NCBI GenBank assembly: GCA_964514585.1
Contig: CAZETU010000001.1
Coordinates: 50,523 to 114,522, forward strand
Source of the DNA: Candidatus Woesearchaeota archaeon
GTDB lineage: Archaea; Nanobdellota; Nanobdellia; Pacearchaeales; GW2011-AR1
DNA: 64,000 bases
Reading direction: 5' to 3'
A program made the translations under genes and the position numbers. The notes beneath the pieces were generated by a model. It worked only from the letters and a program-made list of their open reading frames with translations, was not told the origin of the DNA and made no database searches. Of this stretch, positions 9,853-19,230 are shown piece after piece (within the stretch, counting starts at the first letter, position 1; each line of letters opens with the position of its first letter).

Positions 9853-10206
9853 CTACCCCGCACAACTAATCCCCGAACAATCCAACTCCCCAACTTTCCC
9901 TGAAGACCAAGCCGCCTTACCAACAGCACTACAATTCATCATCACATTCCTACGATTATCATCTCCAAAAACAATTTCCTTTTTCTCACAGCAATAAGCA
10001 TAAGTCGATTGACTCGTAGCCAAAGAATCACAAGCGCTAATCACAGCATCAACATTACTCTCAGTAGATTGAGTCTTAAAAAACCGCGAAAAAAATCCAG
10101 TCTGCGCATTAAAAAAAATCACAAGAACCGTCAAAACTGAAATCGACAAAACAATCATAATCACAGTTGTCAAAGCCATCTCCATCCCCTTCTTATTTCG
10201 CCTCAT
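9853..10206 (-). CDS. Type IV pilin
   Basis: MRRNKKG|MEMALTTVIMIVLSISVL; similar Cys pattern to 9362..9817. Confidence 0.75.
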   Translation of the reverse strand: MRRNKKGMEMALTTVIMIVLSISVLTVLVIFFNAQTGFFSRFFKTQSTESNVDAVISACDSLATSQSTYAYCCEKKEIVFGDDNRRNVMMNCSAVGKAAWSSGKVGELDCSGISCAG

Positions 10207-10260
10207 AAAAAACAAAACAAAACAATCTTTATAAAATTACTCACTCAAAGCAACAACTTA

Positions 10261-10419
10261 CATGAGAAACGCGGCGCTCGAAGAGTGCTGCAGTTTTTCA
10301 TGGGAGAAAGATACTCCAAAACCATATCGGTCGTTTCGGAATTTACTTCCGAAAAAGACCCAATCTAAATTTCTGCAGAAATTTTACAACGATTTTCTCA
10401 CCAGAGAAAATGTTGACTA
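10261..10419 (+). ncRNA. Structured five-hairpin element, copy 1 (unknown family)
   Basis: Hairpins with loops GAA, ATGG, TTTAC, TGCA, ACCA; the same architecture recurs at 57319-57479 with compensatory substitutions. Structure is seen; transcription is not demonstrated. Confidence 0.7.
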
Positions 10420-12588
10420 TCAAGTCAATCCCGACAACGCCGCAGCCCCGATAATAGTCAAACCAACGATTGCCCCGGTCGCAACAATTATATACAAAAC
10501 CATGGTCGATTTCAAATTCTTCCCAGTCTGCGCCGTCACTTGCAACTGATCCCGCCCAGACTTTATCGTCACCAACGTACTCGTCAAAATAAAAACAATC
10601 TCAATCAAATAAAGCCCAATCACAATCTGCAACCAGTACGTCGGAATCATCAAGGTAATATCAAAAATTGAAAGTATCCCCTGAATCCCCCCAGCGCCCA
10701 AAACTTCCTCGCCACCAGCACCATTCTCAAACATCGTCGACAAACTCCCCAAAATTGTCGTAATCATTCCAGCCAACCCAATAATAATCCCAGACAACAA
10801 CGGCGCCAAAAAAGTCATATTCGATTTCATGTCCGAAACAATATCCGCCAACAAATCATTCAGTCGCTCATTAATCTTTTTAATATTCTTAACATAATCA
10901 CTAATCGACATCAGACTCCTAGCCGCAACCTGCAACCCCTTTTTAGACGACTCAACCAAAATCCTCATCGAAGTAGCAATCAACTGCGACGGATAAAAAA
11001 TCACAGCCCCCCTCTTAGGATCAAACAAAGCCCTCTCCAAACTCATACCCAACTGCTGAATATTCTCATTCACAATTCTAAAAAAACCTTCAGTTGCCGT
11101 CCCCTTCGTAGAATCACTAACCTTCGCAAACGCCATCTCCGTCGGCAAACCATCCCCAATCCTATTCCCAAGTTGAAACAAAGACGAAGTAAACTCTTTT
11201 TCGACTTCCTTATATTTCGTCCTCTCAACCAAAATAACCTTCGTCTTATCTTTGTAGACAACAATAAATAAAAGTGCAATAGAAATAGGAATAAACAAAC
11301 TCAAAAGCAAAGACAAAGAACCAAATGGCCCAGTCAAATTTCCAGCAGCGTCGGGAATTATACCAAAAGCCCCACTATTCCCCAAAAATCCAAACCCAAG
11401 TTCCGTCCACGAATAATCCCTCGCAAATCCCATCATAATAGGAATATCCGTGTATCTCCAAAAAAACGGGATCAATCCAATAATAAACAACGGCAACGCC
11501 AAAATTATCCCCTTAAAATAAGCCGCATTACTTTTATACCGAGGATAAAGAGGATTCTGCTCCAACAAACTCGACTCCCCATAACCACCAGGTCGCTCCA
11601 TCATAACCTTACTCGTCATATAAATCACCAAAAACGGAATCATAATATTAAAAATCAAAAACACATGATACCACTTAATCGCCCCGCTAAGCATCGTCGA
11701 AGCCAAAGGCAAAATCGCCAAACTTAAAGTCGGCAAAACAATTCCCAACATATAAATATTCGTCAACGGCGCCTTCACCTCATGAGTATATTTCAACATC
11801 TTATCATAAACACCGTCAAGAATAACCTCCAAACTCTTCTCTAAAATATTAATTCTCCGCCCCTCACTAGGCTCATACAAACTCGACTCAATCAAATGAA
11901 ACGCCTCGACAAACTCAACACTATAACTTTTCCAACCCTTCAAATAATTATCCACACTATCCTTTATCGTCGAAAATCGCCCAACTTCAACATCCCAAAA
12001 AATCTTCCGAAAATCCAGACTCAAAGGCGGCTCTAAATGTTCGGCAGCAAAGGCAACGGCCTTCTCAAAATTACTCGTATGTTTCATATAAATTACAATA
12101 TACAAAATCGCGGGAACCATCTGAGAACTGGCCTTCAATCTCCACTTCATCGCCAAACGATCGGGAGCTCTCGAATAATAAAAAAACAAAAATATAGCCA
12201 ACACAAAAACCAAAAATAAAAACATCAAAGAAAAGGCTCCAGTTAATAACCAAATCCCAACAAAAAACATCGCACCACCAAAAAGAGTCATCAACAACAA
12301 CATCGTCGCAAAAACCACAACCTCACTTACCGAAACATTCAAATGAGCAACATCAATCCCTTGCTGAATCCGAACACTATCCTTATCTCCAACCTTAATC
12401 CGAAACATATTCCCAAAAGTCTTACACCACCTCTCATACCGCGAAAACTCCGGCAACATCGACGACCGAAACTGATCATAACTCTTAGAAAACTTTTTCT
12501 TCGACGGCGACCGCTTATTATAACCCTTCATCTGCGTCTCTATCTTCGCCCCATACTTCTTCAAAATATCATCAGTACTACTCATCAC
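10420..12588 (-). CDS. Type IV pilus membrane platform protein (T2SS-F/TadC/FlaJ-like)
   Basis: Two soluble domains alternating with TM bundles; GMSLERALF motif; linked to pilins and ATPase. Confidence 0.85.
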   Translation of the reverse strand: MMSSTDDILKKYGAKIETQMKGYNKRSPSKKKFSKSYDQFRSSMLPEFSRYERWCKTFGNMFRIKVGDKDSVRIQQGIDVAHLNVSVSEVVVFATMLLLMTLFGGAMFFVGIWLLTGAFSLMFLFLVFVLAIFLFFYYSRAPDRLAMKWRLKASSQMVPAILYIVIYMKHTSNFEKAVAFAAEHLEPPLSLDFRKIFWDVEVGRFSTIKDSVDNYLKGWKSYSVEFVEAFHLIESSLYEPSEGRRINILEKSLEVILDGVYDKMLKYTHEVKAPLTNIYMLGIVLPTLSLAILPLASTMLSGAIKWYHVFLIFNIMIPFLVIYMTSKVMMERPGGYGESSLLEQNPLYPRYKSNAAYFKGIILALPLFIIGLIPFFWRYTDIPIMMGFARDYSWTELGFGFLGNSGAFGIIPDAAGNLTGPFGSLSLLLSLFIPISIALLFIVVYKDKTKVILVERTKYKEVEKEFTSSLFQLGNRIGDGLPTEMAFAKVSDSTKGTATEGFFRIVNENIQQLGMSLERALFDPKRGAVIFYPSQLIATSMRILVESSKKGLQVAARSLMSISDYVKNIKKINERLNDLLADIVSDMKSNMTFLAPLLSGIIIGLAGMITTILGSLSTMFENGAGGEEVLGAGGIQGILSIFDITLMIPTYWLQIVIGLYLIEIVFILTSTLVTIKSGRDQLQVTAQTGKNLKSTMVLYIIVATGAIVGLTIIGAAALSGLT

Positions 12589-13052
12589 AACACCTTCAGC
12601 ATCGGTTGAATTTTAATTCCATGAATTTTTCTGATTCCCGTACTTTTTTTATATCCACAAGCAGAGTAAAAAGGAATCGCATAAATAGACGCCCTAATTT
12701 TTATCTTTTCAATACCAAGCCCCTTTGCCTTTTTCTCAAAATCACCAACCAATTTTTTGCCAACACCCTTACCATGATATTTTCCAGACACAAACAAATT
12801 CCCCATATGCCCACCAGAACCCTTAATCATGCCAATTATCTTATTCCCATCTAGGGCAACCAAAGACACCCTATTATTATAACTCTTCCACAGCTCCTCC
12901 TCGGCCTTACCCGCAGAATGATGACTCAAATAAAAAGCAAGACCTTTTTTAGTAGCATCACCAGAATTAAATTTTTCAAAAGTCATACCAATAAGCCGAG
13001 CAACATCTTTCACATCACCTTTTTTCATTCTCTTAATTACTATCATCCCCAC
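12585..13052 (-). CDS. GNAT-family acetyltransferase
   Basis: LFVSGKYHGKGVGKKLV and AIPFYSACGY motifs. Confidence 0.9.
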   Translation of the reverse strand: MGMIVIKRMKKGDVKDVARLIGMTFEKFNSGDATKKGLAFYLSHHSAGKAEEELWKSYNNRVSLVALDGNKIIGMIKGSGGHMGNLFVSGKYHGKGVGKKLVGDFEKKAKGLGIEKIKIRASIYAIPFYSACGYKKSTGIRKIHGIKIQPMLKVL

Positions 13053-13308
13053 ACCTCTTCAAATAATCCGCCACAGCAACGTCAATAAACTGCTTCCGAT
13101 TCACATATCTAAATTTATTCTCTTCCAAATTAATAAACTCTTCGACCTCAACCAACAAATCACTATTAATCTTCACAGCAGAATCCCGCGACGTCCGAAC
13201 AGTCGTTTTCTTCTTAGGGAAAATCGCCCGAACCGAAACCTTGTCAATTGACCCATCTTTCAAATTAATGTCCTCAAAATCTAATTTAGCGCCAGTTGCC
13301 TTCACCAT
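13033..13308 (-). CDS. Small protein with possible ribbon-helix-helix C-terminus
   Basis: Likely start MVKATG at 13308; AVKINSDLLVEVEEFI...RKQFIDVAV pattern. Confidence 0.5.
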   Translation of the reverse strand: MVKATGAKLDFEDINLKDGSIDKVSVRAIFPKKKTTVRTSRDSAVKINSDLLVEVEEFINLEENKFRYVNRKQFIDVAVADYLKRCGDDSN

Positions 13309-13373
13309 AGTTACTAAAAGTAACAAAAAGTAACTTAATAAATATAACGAAACATACCACAACTCAAGATACC

Positions 13374-13655
13374 TCACTCGCCAACAGAACCCCTTACAAC
13401 AAGTGATTCATAATCAGAAAGTACACCTCTAAAAAAATAAATTCCACAACTATTTTCCCACCCCATCGATTTCAATCGATCACGAACGGCCTCGCAGGCG
13501 AAAGTATAGCTAGGTCCTATTGCATCCCGCACAAGACAAAGAAGCTTACTAACAGCAACACAGGACACATCCCTTTCATAAATAGTATGCCCCCCTTCCT
13601 TCAAAATCTTCCTAGCCAATCGATCCGCCACATCATAAAACAGCTCATTCTCCAT
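13374..13655 (-). CDS. Hypothetical protein, paralogue of 13712..14080
   Basis: FYDVADR...GWE...Y.F.G..SDY shared with its neighbour. Confidence 0.6.
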   Translation of the reverse strand: MENELFYDVADRLARKILKEGGHTIYERDVSCVAVSKLLCLVRDAIGPSYTFACEAVRDRLKSMGWENSCGIYFFRGVLSDYESLVVRGSVGE

Positions 13656-13711
13656 ACAAAAGTAAAGACTCCAAAAGTTATAACAATTTGTATGCTCCAA
13701 AACTTAAGAAA

Positions 13712-14080
13712 TCAACACCCTAAACCAAGAGGATGAGCAGCTTCTTCTCGTCTCATTAAATGACTATCTCTAAAAAGCCTAGACACCCTCATCTCCTTTT
13801 GAACCTCCGTAGGCAGCCCAGAAACCGCAGCAACATAATCACTAATCTCTCCTCCAAAAACATAACCCCTATCAACCTTTTCCCAACCTGTCCACCCAAG
13901 CCAATCCCCTGCATCCGCATTTGCCGTCGCATAAGACACAGAGGTACACTCCTTCTCAAAATCAAGAAAAAACCTTCCAACATCAACCGCTAAAGTATCA
14001 TTATTAAGCAAATGCTCCCTGCCAGACAAAACCCTCTTTGCCGCCCGATCGGCCACATCATAAAAAAATCCCTTATCCAT
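13712..14080 (-). CDS. Hypothetical protein, paralogue of 13374..13655
   Basis: Same shared motifs. Confidence 0.6.
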   Translation of the reverse strand: MDKGFFYDVADRAAKRVLSGREHLLNNDTLAVDVGRFFLDFEKECTSVSYATANADAGDWLGWTGWEKVDRGYVFGGEISDYVAAVSGLPTEVQKEMRVSRLFRDSHLMRREEAAHPLGLGC

Positions 14081-14112
14081 AAAAAAAACACCAAAATCAA
14101 CTTTTTAAAAAT

Positions 14113-16383
14113 TTATATACCCAACTTCTCACTTTCCTTCTCCAGCCACCGTTTCCATTTCGGAAAAACTTGGGTCGAAACCGGCAACCCAACTTCCTCA
14201 GTCACCTCGTCACTAATCTGATGAAACGCATTATTAGACTTCACAGTAAACTCAGCCTCCAAAATCTCAGGCTTACCCACCTTATCAGAAAATTTCACAG
14301 TCTCCTCCTTAATCTTCTGCCTCAAAACAATATTATCCCAAACCGCATCCCAGTCCCCAGCCCAACCCTTAACATTCGACGCAATCTCCTTAATTATTTC
14401 AGAATCCCCATTAATCAAATCCTCCGTCGGCTTCATCTTATCTTCCTTAACATCATACTTCATCAAATCAACAAAGCCCCCCTCCTTCAACGGATCCTTC
14501 TCCCAATGCTTCCTAACCTCACTAATAGACAAAACCCTCCTCCAAGAATGCAACCCATCAGGCGACTTAATCGGATTAGCAACAATAACCAAATCAGTAG
14601 CCTTAAAACTCGTCACAGGAACGCCCAAATCATTACAAACCCTATCAAAAACAGAATAAGGACTCCCGCCGTGAATCGTGCCAGCGACGACATTTGCCAA
14701 AGCCCCAACCCTCATGGCCTCATAAAGCGCCTTAGCCTCATTAGAACGAATCTCACCAACAATCAAAGAAGAGTCCCCCAAACGAAGAGATGCCCGAATT
14801 CCCTCCTCAGCAGAAACCTCCGTCGACTCACCCGCCAAAGCAGACCGAACCTTCATCGACAAAATATCATAATCCAATTTTCTCATCGCACCGACAGGCA
14901 ACTCCAAAGTATCCTCGACGGTAATTATCCTATGACTTGGCATAATCTCCAAAAGTAACGCCCCTAAAAGCGAAGTCTTCCCAGACGACCGCGTCCCAGC
15001 AACCAAAAGCGTCCGCGCCCCATCAATCATAAAACTAAGCAACCCCGCTCCCAAAGAATCAATCATCCCATTCTTCACAAACAACGGCAAAGTCCAAGGC
15101 TTATTCCTATGTCGCCTCAAAGTATAAGCAAGCCCGCCCGACGACAAAGGCTGCTGAATTATCGCAACTCTCGCACTAATATTATTCAATTCCAAATTAG
15201 TATCCAAAATAGGATTCGCCTCATCGAGCGGCCGCCCCGACGACATTCTAAACTTCGCAGCCCAAGAATCCGCATCCTCCTGCGACGGAATCAAATTACT
15301 AACACATTCTCCAAACTCATTATGAATCATAAAAATCGGAGACAACGAAACCGGCGCATTAACCATAATATCCTGCAGATTCTCATCCTCCAATAAAACC
15401 TCCAAAACCCCAAACCCAATCGTATGTCGCACCAAAATATTCGCTAACTTCTGCAAATCCCCATAACTCAAAACCACATTCTTACTCCCCGCCAAGTCCG
15501 ACAACAAATCCCGCGCAACATTCAAAAAAACCTGCCGCGTCCTCTCAGCGTCGTTAAACTCTTCACTAGTAGGCCGATGTTCAATTAAAACATTCCGCGC
15601 CAAATTCAAAAGCATATGATGATCCTCTCCCAATAAATACTCCGGCGGCGACAAATGATAAACCAACTTCGCCTTATTCGGCCTCTTGAAAATCGTCACC
15701 AAACTCTTATCGTCCCCCTTAGCAATACTATACTGCTTCACAATCTCAGCATCATCAGGAATCCGCGCAACCATCCTGGTAAAAGTAAAATTAGGCATAA
15801 TGTCCGCCCTAAAAAATTCATTATAAATAGATCTATCCCCAGAAGCATAACCATCAAAAGAAATCTTAGAAATCTCAATCAATTTCAAACCCTCAAAATA
15901 ACCGACAACCTTCTCCAACAACTTAACATAAGAAGCAACATCTTTCCCAGATTCCAACAAAGCCCTCTTAGCAAAAAGCGCACCCTTCAACTCACGATAA
16001 GCCCGAATCGGGTCCGACTTCAAAACCTCATTAATCACATGATTCAAAAAAGCATAAGCCTCATAATACGACGCCCCCAAATGCGACATTTTTTCAACCG
16101 AAACAATTTTCTCCTGCTTCACTAAAAAATCATAAAGACTCGAAATCTCAACCAACATCCCAACCTGTGCAAAATTATGCGAATAATTCCTCTGCTGCAC
16201 AAAAACAATCCGAGTAATATTCGGATCCTCCTTCAAATTATCAATTGTCCGCGCCATCACTTCAGCCGAATCAATCAACGACGGTACAAACGCCGCACCA
16301 AGATAATTAATATACATCACATTCTCCCCAGATTCCCGAATAACCTCATAAGAATATAACGGAGTATCAGATTTGAACATCAT
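14113..16383 (-). CDS. Type II/IV secretion-system ATPase (FlaI/CpaF/VirB11 family)
   Basis: Walker A GTRSSGKT, TVEDTLEL Asp box, Walker B LIVGEIR, GTIHG His box; start probably 16383 or 16380. Confidence 0.95.
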   Translation of the reverse strand: MMFKSDTPLYSYEVIRESGENVMYINYLGAAFVPSLIDSAEVMARTIDNLKEDPNITRIVFVQQRNYSHNFAQVGMLVEISSLYDFLVKQEKIVSVEKMSHLGASYYEAYAFLNHVINEVLKSDPIRAYRELKGALFAKRALLESGKDVASYVKLLEKVVGYFEGLKLIEISKISFDGYASGDRSIYNEFFRADIMPNFTFTRMVARIPDDAEIVKQYSIAKGDDKSLVTIFKRPNKAKLVYHLSPPEYLLGEDHHMLLNLARNVLIEHRPTSEEFNDAERTRQVFLNVARDLLSDLAGSKNVVLSYGDLQKLANILVRHTIGFGVLEVLLEDENLQDIMVNAPVSLSPIFMIHNEFGECVSNLIPSQEDADSWAAKFRMSSGRPLDEANPILDTNLELNNISARVAIIQQPLSSGGLAYTLRRHRNKPWTLPLFVKNGMIDSLGAGLLSFMIDGARTLLVAGTRSSGKTSLLGALLLEIMPSHRIITVEDTLELPVGAMRKLDYDILSMKVRSALAGESTEVSAEEGIRASLRLGDSSLIVGEIRSNEAKALYEAMRVGALANVVAGTIHGGSPYSVFDRVCNDLGVPVTSFKATDLVIVANPIKSPDGLHSWRRVLSISEVRKHWEKDPLKEGGFVDLMKYDVKEDKMKPTEDLINGDSEIIKEIASNVKGWAGDWDAVWDNIVLRQKIKEETVKFSDKVGKPEILEAEFTVKSNNAFHQISDEVTEEVGLPVSTQVFPKWKRWLEKESEKLGI

Positions 16384-16475
16384 TGTATCACCACAATTAT
16401 TTACCAAAACGTATATTAAAATATATGTGTACCAAACATCACAACCTATAAAAACTTCACAAATCTTCTATCTAA

Positions 16476-16880
16476 ATGGTAGAGCAACAAGGCCAAGGCG
16501 ACCAAATTCAATTTCTTTTATCCGACTTCAACACGAGATTGAGGGACGTAGACGAAAGAAACCGGATAATCAGAGAAAGAGTCCTACTCCTAGGAAAAAA
16601 CCTAATCTCATCCCGACAAGACCTAGAAGATGACATCAAAGAACTCAAAAGAGAAAACCAAGAAATCACGCGCGACCTAGAAAAAATAAAAAAAATCGCC
16701 AGTTCCCTATTATCAGAATCAAACAAATTCGTCAAAAGAGAAGAAATGGTTTTAGTTGAAAGAATGCTAAAAGACTTTCAGCCCTTAGAATACCTAAGAA
16801 GACAAGACATAGAAGAATTAATAGAAGAAAAAATCAAAAATTCTAAGAAAGAAATAAAAACCACGGAAACCATAGAATAA
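16476..16880 (+). CDS. Coiled-coil hypothetical protein
   Basis: 134 aa heptad-rich ORF divergent from the ATPase; typical codon bias. Confidence 0.7.
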   Translation: MVEQQGQGDQIQFLLSDFNTRLRDVDERNRIIRERVLLLGKNLISSRQDLEDDIKELKRENQEITRDLEKIKKIASSLLSESNKFVKREEMVLVERMLKDFQPLEYLRRQDIEELIEEKIKNSKKEIKTTETIE

Positions 16881-16881
16881 T

Positions 16882-17622
16882 ATGGCAACACTTGACAAAA
16901 TAACAGAAATGCAAAAACAAGGCTTGCCTGATTCAGAAATCTCAACACAACTACAAAACGAAGGTGTTTCTCCTCAAGAAATTAACGATTCATTTAATCA
17001 GGCTAAAATAAAAAACGCAGTATCAGAAGACCCTACAGGACAACCCCCACAACAGCCAGAAATGCAACCTTCAATCGCACACGGCCCACAAGGAGAGGTC
17101 CCACAAGCACAAAACACACAACCAATGGCTCAAGAGGCCCCAGCAGCACCCCAGCCAGAAATGCAACCCCCAATGATGCAACCTCCAGTAATGCAAGCAC
17201 CCTCTCCAGAAGTGTACCCACCTCAAGAAGAACAACCCCAAGATTATTATCAAGAAACACCACAAGCATACTCAGGACAAGAATACTACCCACCTCAAGA
17301 AGGAATGTCCACCGAAACAATTTCAGAAATAGCCGAACAAGTCGTAATAGAAAAATTCAATGAATTCACAGAAAAAACAGGGGACATAGCTTCATTCAAA
17401 ATAACAATCCAAGATAAAGTCGTAGACATCGACGATAGATTAAAAAGAATTGAAGGAAACATCGATCGACTCCAACAAGCAATTATTGGAAAAATCGGGG
17501 AGTTTGGTGAAAGCTCAAACCTAATCCATAAAGACTTAGACAATCTCCACGGAACAGTCTCAAAGTTAGTAAACCCATTAGTAGACAACTACGAAAAGCT
17601 AAAAAAAATGGCTAAAAAATAA
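16882..17622 (+). CDS. Hypothetical protein with P/Q-rich linker and C-terminal coiled coil
   Basis: 246 aa, translationally coupled to 16476..16880. Confidence 0.75.
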   Translation: MATLDKITEMQKQGLPDSEISTQLQNEGVSPQEINDSFNQAKIKNAVSEDPTGQPPQQPEMQPSIAHGPQGEVPQAQNTQPMAQEAPAAPQPEMQPPMMQPPVMQAPSPEVYPPQEEQPQDYYQETPQAYSGQEYYPPQEGMSTETISEIAEQVVIEKFNEFTEKTGDIASFKITIQDKVVDIDDRLKRIEGNIDRLQQAIIGKIGEFGESSNLIHKDLDNLHGTVSKLVNPLVDNYEKLKKMAKK

Positions 17623-17624
17623 TT

Positions 17625-18113
17625 CTATGCCGCTTTGCCTTTAATCGTCCAAGAAACAATTCCCGCAACAATAAGAAGCAAAATCATTCCAAACCAATCC
17701 GTATTAAACCAAGACTGAACACTTCCCCAGTTAACTGCCCAATGAAAAGTATAAGCCGAAGAGATTATAAAAAACGCAACTATCAAAGCTAAAAGAACCC
17801 ATGAAAACCAACTACTCTTACTCATAAATTCAAAGGGCTCCTTCCATGGCATAAAAGCAAAAATCGCCAACACAAAGAAAACCATAATAATCAAAGTCCC
17901 AAACCAGGCACTACTAAACTGAACAAACTCAACCAAGGATGCCTCAACAATAAAAAAACTCGCCAAAATAAACGAAATAAAAAGCATCACAGCCTCGCCA
18001 CCACCCAAAATTTCAGTCTTCTTCAAAAGTGCATAAATAATAATAAACACCAACATAAATGCAAAGATAGGCATAAAATATCCAATAACCCCAACCGATG
18101 CTTCAACTGCCAT
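17625..18113 (-). CDS. Membrane protein, tandem paralogue 3
   Basis: FMLVFIIIYALLKKTEILG motif. Confidence 0.75.
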   Translation of the reverse strand: MAVEASVGVIGYFMPIFAFMLVFIIIYALLKKTEILGGGEAVMLFISFILASFFIVEASLVEFVQFSSAWFGTLIIMVFFVLAIFAFMPWKEPFEFMSKSSWFSWVLLALIVAFFIISSAYTFHWAVNWGSVQSWFNTDWFGMILLLIVAGIVSWTIKGKAA

Positions 18114-18115
18114 TT

Positions 18116-18637
18116 TTATACAGGTTTAGGAGCCTTGACTCCACCCCCACTTCCCTTAGACCCCCTAGCCATAACAATTATCAACGCAACCAAACCACCT
18201 AAAATAATCAACGCCCAAACATTCTGAGCAAACCAACCACCAAATCCAGTATAATATCCCCACTGATCCCATGCGCTAAGAGACCAAATTATAACACCAA
18301 TTCCAACAACCCATCCAATCCATTTAACAGTCCACCCAGGCTCTTCGCCCTTTTTAACAAAAAATCCAAGCGTTATCAATATAACCAAAAATATCGAAAG
18401 CCCAACTCCAAATCGAGGAAAAATTATAGCAAAAAATTCCGACACAAAATCAAACTGCAAGGCAAGAAGCCCAACCGAAACGCCAACAATACTTTTAATC
18501 GCATTATTATCACCTAAAATTCCCGACTTATCTAAAATAGCATAAACAACAGCGAATAACAACAAGAAAGGTATAACATAAGAAAACACACCCATCTCAT
18601 TCCAGATATTTAATATCTCAGTAACACTAACAGCCAT
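18116..18637 (-). CDS. Membrane protein, tandem paralogue 2
   Basis: PFLLLFAVVYAILDKSGILG motif. Confidence 0.75.
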   Translation of the reverse strand: MAVSVTEILNIWNEMGVFSYVIPFLLLFAVVYAILDKSGILGDNNAIKSIVGVSVGLLALQFDFVSEFFAIIFPRFGVGLSIFLVILITLGFFVKKGEEPGWTVKWIGWVVGIGVIIWSLSAWDQWGYYTGFGGWFAQNVWALIILGGLVALIIVMARGSKGSGGGVKAPKPV

Positions 18638-18676
18638 ACCTTCTAAAGAAAAATCTCATTTATATATGTTTTGAAA

Positions 18677-19198
18677 CTACTCAGAAGAATTTCTAGAACT
18701 ATCCCTACCACTAGGACTCTTTTTACTGCCCACCATAACCAAAGCGATAACTCCAATAACCAAAGCAATCATAACAACACTCATCCAAAAATCACTCTCA
18801 CCAGCCCCCTCAAACCAACCAATCATAATATTAGACAAACCACTAACATACAAAACAACACCAACAGTAAACACCGCAGCAATCACAGCAAAAACCGGCT
18901 TCACCCACTTATGCTTCTCCCCCATCTTCGACAAATCGCCAGCAACAAATCCATACAATATAAGAAACACCAAAATCACGGCAACGCCAACAGCTAACCA
19001 GGGCATTATACCAACAATAATCTCCCTAGGCTGTGGAACCCCAATCAAAAGCAAACCAATAACAAGACCAACCATAGCATCAACCCGAGCCATACCTTCC
19101 CCTAAAATCTTAGACTTCTGCAAAATCGCAAATATAACAACAAACACAAGCAAGAACGGCAAAAGCATTTCCGTAAAAAAAGCGTTTTCAAATATCAT
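18677..19198 (-). CDS. Membrane protein, tandem paralogue 1
   Basis: PFLLVFVVIFAILQKSKILG motif. Confidence 0.75.
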   Translation of the reverse strand: MIFENAFFTEMLLPFLLVFVVIFAILQKSKILGEGMARVDAMVGLVIGLLLIGVPQPREIIVGIMPWLAVGVAVILVFLILYGFVAGDLSKMGEKHKWVKPVFAVIAAVFTVGVVLYVSGLSNIMIGWFEGAGESDFWMSVVMIALVIGVIALVMVGSKKSPSGRDSSRNSSE

Positions 19199-19230
19199 AA
19201 ATTTAACAGACCAAAATCATATATAAACAT

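Noticed and set aside
10387-10419. P5 hairpin as an integron attC site (AAC...GTT ends, extrahelical G, right after a stop codon)
   Set aside because: Only about 30 bp between the AAC and GTT boxes, poor fit to RYYYAAC/GTTRRRY, no L boxes, and the nearby recombinase lacks the IntI-specific insertion.
10261-10419. Element as group II intron D5/D6 or IscB/HEARO omega-RNA remnant
   Set aside because: No D5 catalytic triad hairpin, the bulge is on the wrong side for D6, only GTCAAC resembles an omega-RNA start, and no tnpA/tnpB/iscB gene is in the window. Not formally excluded without covariance-model searches.
10262-10549. 95-aa + strand ORF and the many other antisense or overlapping ORFs in the track
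   Set aside because: They overlap well-supported genes or the structured element on the opposite strand; such stop-poor shadow frames are expected from the extreme codon and strand bias.
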